DNA of 42,868 bases from a virus. Taxonomy: Duplodnaviria; Heunggongvirae; Uroviricota; Caudoviricetes. Every line of letters starts with the position of its first letter. Position 1 is the stretch's first letter. A program made the translations under genes and the position numbers. The notes beneath the pieces were generated by a model. It had not been told where the DNA came from and made no database searches. It saw only the letters and a program-made list of their open reading frames with translations. The stretch lies in the IMG/VR virus record IMGVR_UViG_3300030019_000007. One strand, 5' to 3'. Shown here in pieces: positions 41,704 through 42,868 of the stretch.

Positions 41704-42520
41704 GGATCTCGATGGGTTGTGTAGTGCAGCCATTGTATTAAAAAAGTATCCCGATTGTACTTTAATTGGTTGGGATTATGGAGATCCAATTCCAGAATTA
41801 CTAGGAAGTGAAGATATTATGATGGTCGATATTTCCTTTAAAATGGAAATTATGCATGAAGTTGCTAAACGTCATAAATTAACTTGGATTGACCATCATG
41901 CTTCCGCAAGGAAAGATTACATTGAGTATTTCGGAGGATGGGGAGAAGCATATTTTACTTACATTTATGGAGATAAGAGAGCTGCTTGTGAAGTAACTTG
42001 GAAATATCTTTTTTGGGATTTATTCTTACCTTATAGTGTTGAATTACTTAGTAAGTATGATACATGGAGAGGTAACGATACTCCAGAATGGGAAGAACAG
42101 ATTCTTCCTTTTCAGTATGGGGTAAGAGCAAAATGTATTACTCCACAGGCTGTTTTGCATTTAATTGAGAATGACTCAATTTTTTCTGTGGTAACTAATG
42201 GTAAAATCATTATTGAATACACAAAGAAACAAAATGAAAAACTATCTAAGTCACATAGCTTTGTAAGGCAATTTCAAGGCTATAGAGTCCTTTGTTTAAA
42301 CACCCCATTCATTGATAGTGATACAATGGAGAGTTTCTACGATCCAACTAAACATGATCTAATGTTAAGTTTTTGTTTTGTGGGAAATAGGTGGAGTTTT
42401 AGTTTAAGAAGTGTAAATGAAATAGATTGTAGTGTATTAGCCAAAAACTTAGGTGGCGGTGGTCATGCAAGAGCTGCAGGATTTGAGGTAAAGCATCTTA
42501 GTGATGCTATAGCTTTATAA
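41681..42520 (+). CDS. DHH/DHHA1 phosphoesterase (nanoRNase-like)
   Basis: DLDG, VDIS, IDHH, SLRS, GGGGHARAAG. Confidence 0.9.
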   Translation: MLCIYHSKDLDGLCSAAIVLKKYPDCTLIGWDYGDPIPELLGSEDIMMVDISFKMEIMHEVAKRHKLTWIDHHASARKDYIEYFGGWGEAYFTYIYGDKRAACEVTWKYLFWDLFLPYSVELLSKYDTWRGNDTPEWEEQILPFQYGVRAKCITPQAVLHLIENDSIFSVVTNGKIIIEYTKKQNEKLSKSHSFVRQFQGYRVLCLNTPFIDSDTMESFYDPTKHDLMLSFCFVGNRWSFSLRSVNEIDCSVLAKNLGGGGHARAAGFEVKHLSDAIAL

Positions 42521-42532
42521 TAGAAAAATAGA

Positions 42533-42859
42533 ATGGAACAACATGGAGAAACCATTAGCTGTCAGTTAATGGCGAAGAGGACAGGTAATTATACTGTATA
42601 TGTGTTTAAGAATCTCGAAACAAATAACTACATTACTGTAACCAAATGCCCTAATTGGGAGGATGATGAAATTGATGTAGGTCAAGAAGGTTTTTTAACT
42701 TTCCGATTTGTTAGAGCATTTCAAGAAAAGTGGACTGATAAATTCACTATGAAAGAAATATTTTATCAATATTCAGCTAATTATTACCTGTCGTTCATTC
42801 CAAGTTCATACGTAGTAAAAGATGGGACTGTTATATCAACAGAACTATTTGTTAAATAA
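42533..42859 (+). CDS. hypothetical beta-rich protein
   Basis: ORF track. Confidence 0.65.
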   Translation: MEQHGETISCQLMAKRTGNYTVYVFKNLETNNYITVTKCPNWEDDEIDVGQEGFLTFRFVRAFQEKWTDKFTMKEIFYQYSANYYLSFIPSSYVVKDGTVISTELFVK

Positions 42860-42868
42860 GAATTAAAA

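Noticed and set aside
1-42868. Genome-wide stop-codon reassignment
   Set aside because: Code 11 gives dense, full-length genes and TAG/TGA end genes at sensible positions; recoding outside the window is not excluded
1-42868. CRISPR array or regularly spaced repeat array
   Set aside because: The recurrent GGTTCGAATCC and TAGCTCAG strings are tRNA arms; no constant repeat-spacer periodicity seen

Overview
AT-rich, gene-dense segment of a large tailed phage genome, with all credible genes on the + strand. The host is almost certainly a Bacteroidota: TTTG-N19/20-TAnnTTTG promoters recur and the tmRNA tag starts with G. No virion or replication core genes are recognisable; this is the tRNA/accessory region. 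It holds over 20 tRNA genes with readable anticodons (none encoding CCA) and about 10 aberrant tRNA-like elements or fragments. It also holds a circularly permuted (two-piece) tmRNA, an amber (CUA) suppressor-type tRNA and several unnamed structured intergenic RNAs. Nine HNH (one pseudogene) and two GIY-YIG-type homing-endonuclease genes (one a remnant) each carry their own promoter. A translation/RNA-repair toolkit is present (RNA ligase, PNK, AEP/primpol-like protein, CCA-adding enzyme, Pth2-like, YqeY, phosphoesterases), along with NAD-related enzymes, a proteasome-ATPase-like AAA protein, and a nicotinamidase-vWA-PP2C-kinase (TerY-P-like) operon. Most notable: the permuted minimal tmRNA, the non-canonical tRNA architectures (8-bp acceptors, long V-arms, missing or re-wired anticodon arms), a leader-peptide/terminator in front of tRNA genes, and three tandem ORFs sharing a C-terminal DRRLLL tag. 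All calls were made by eye; no database searches were run.
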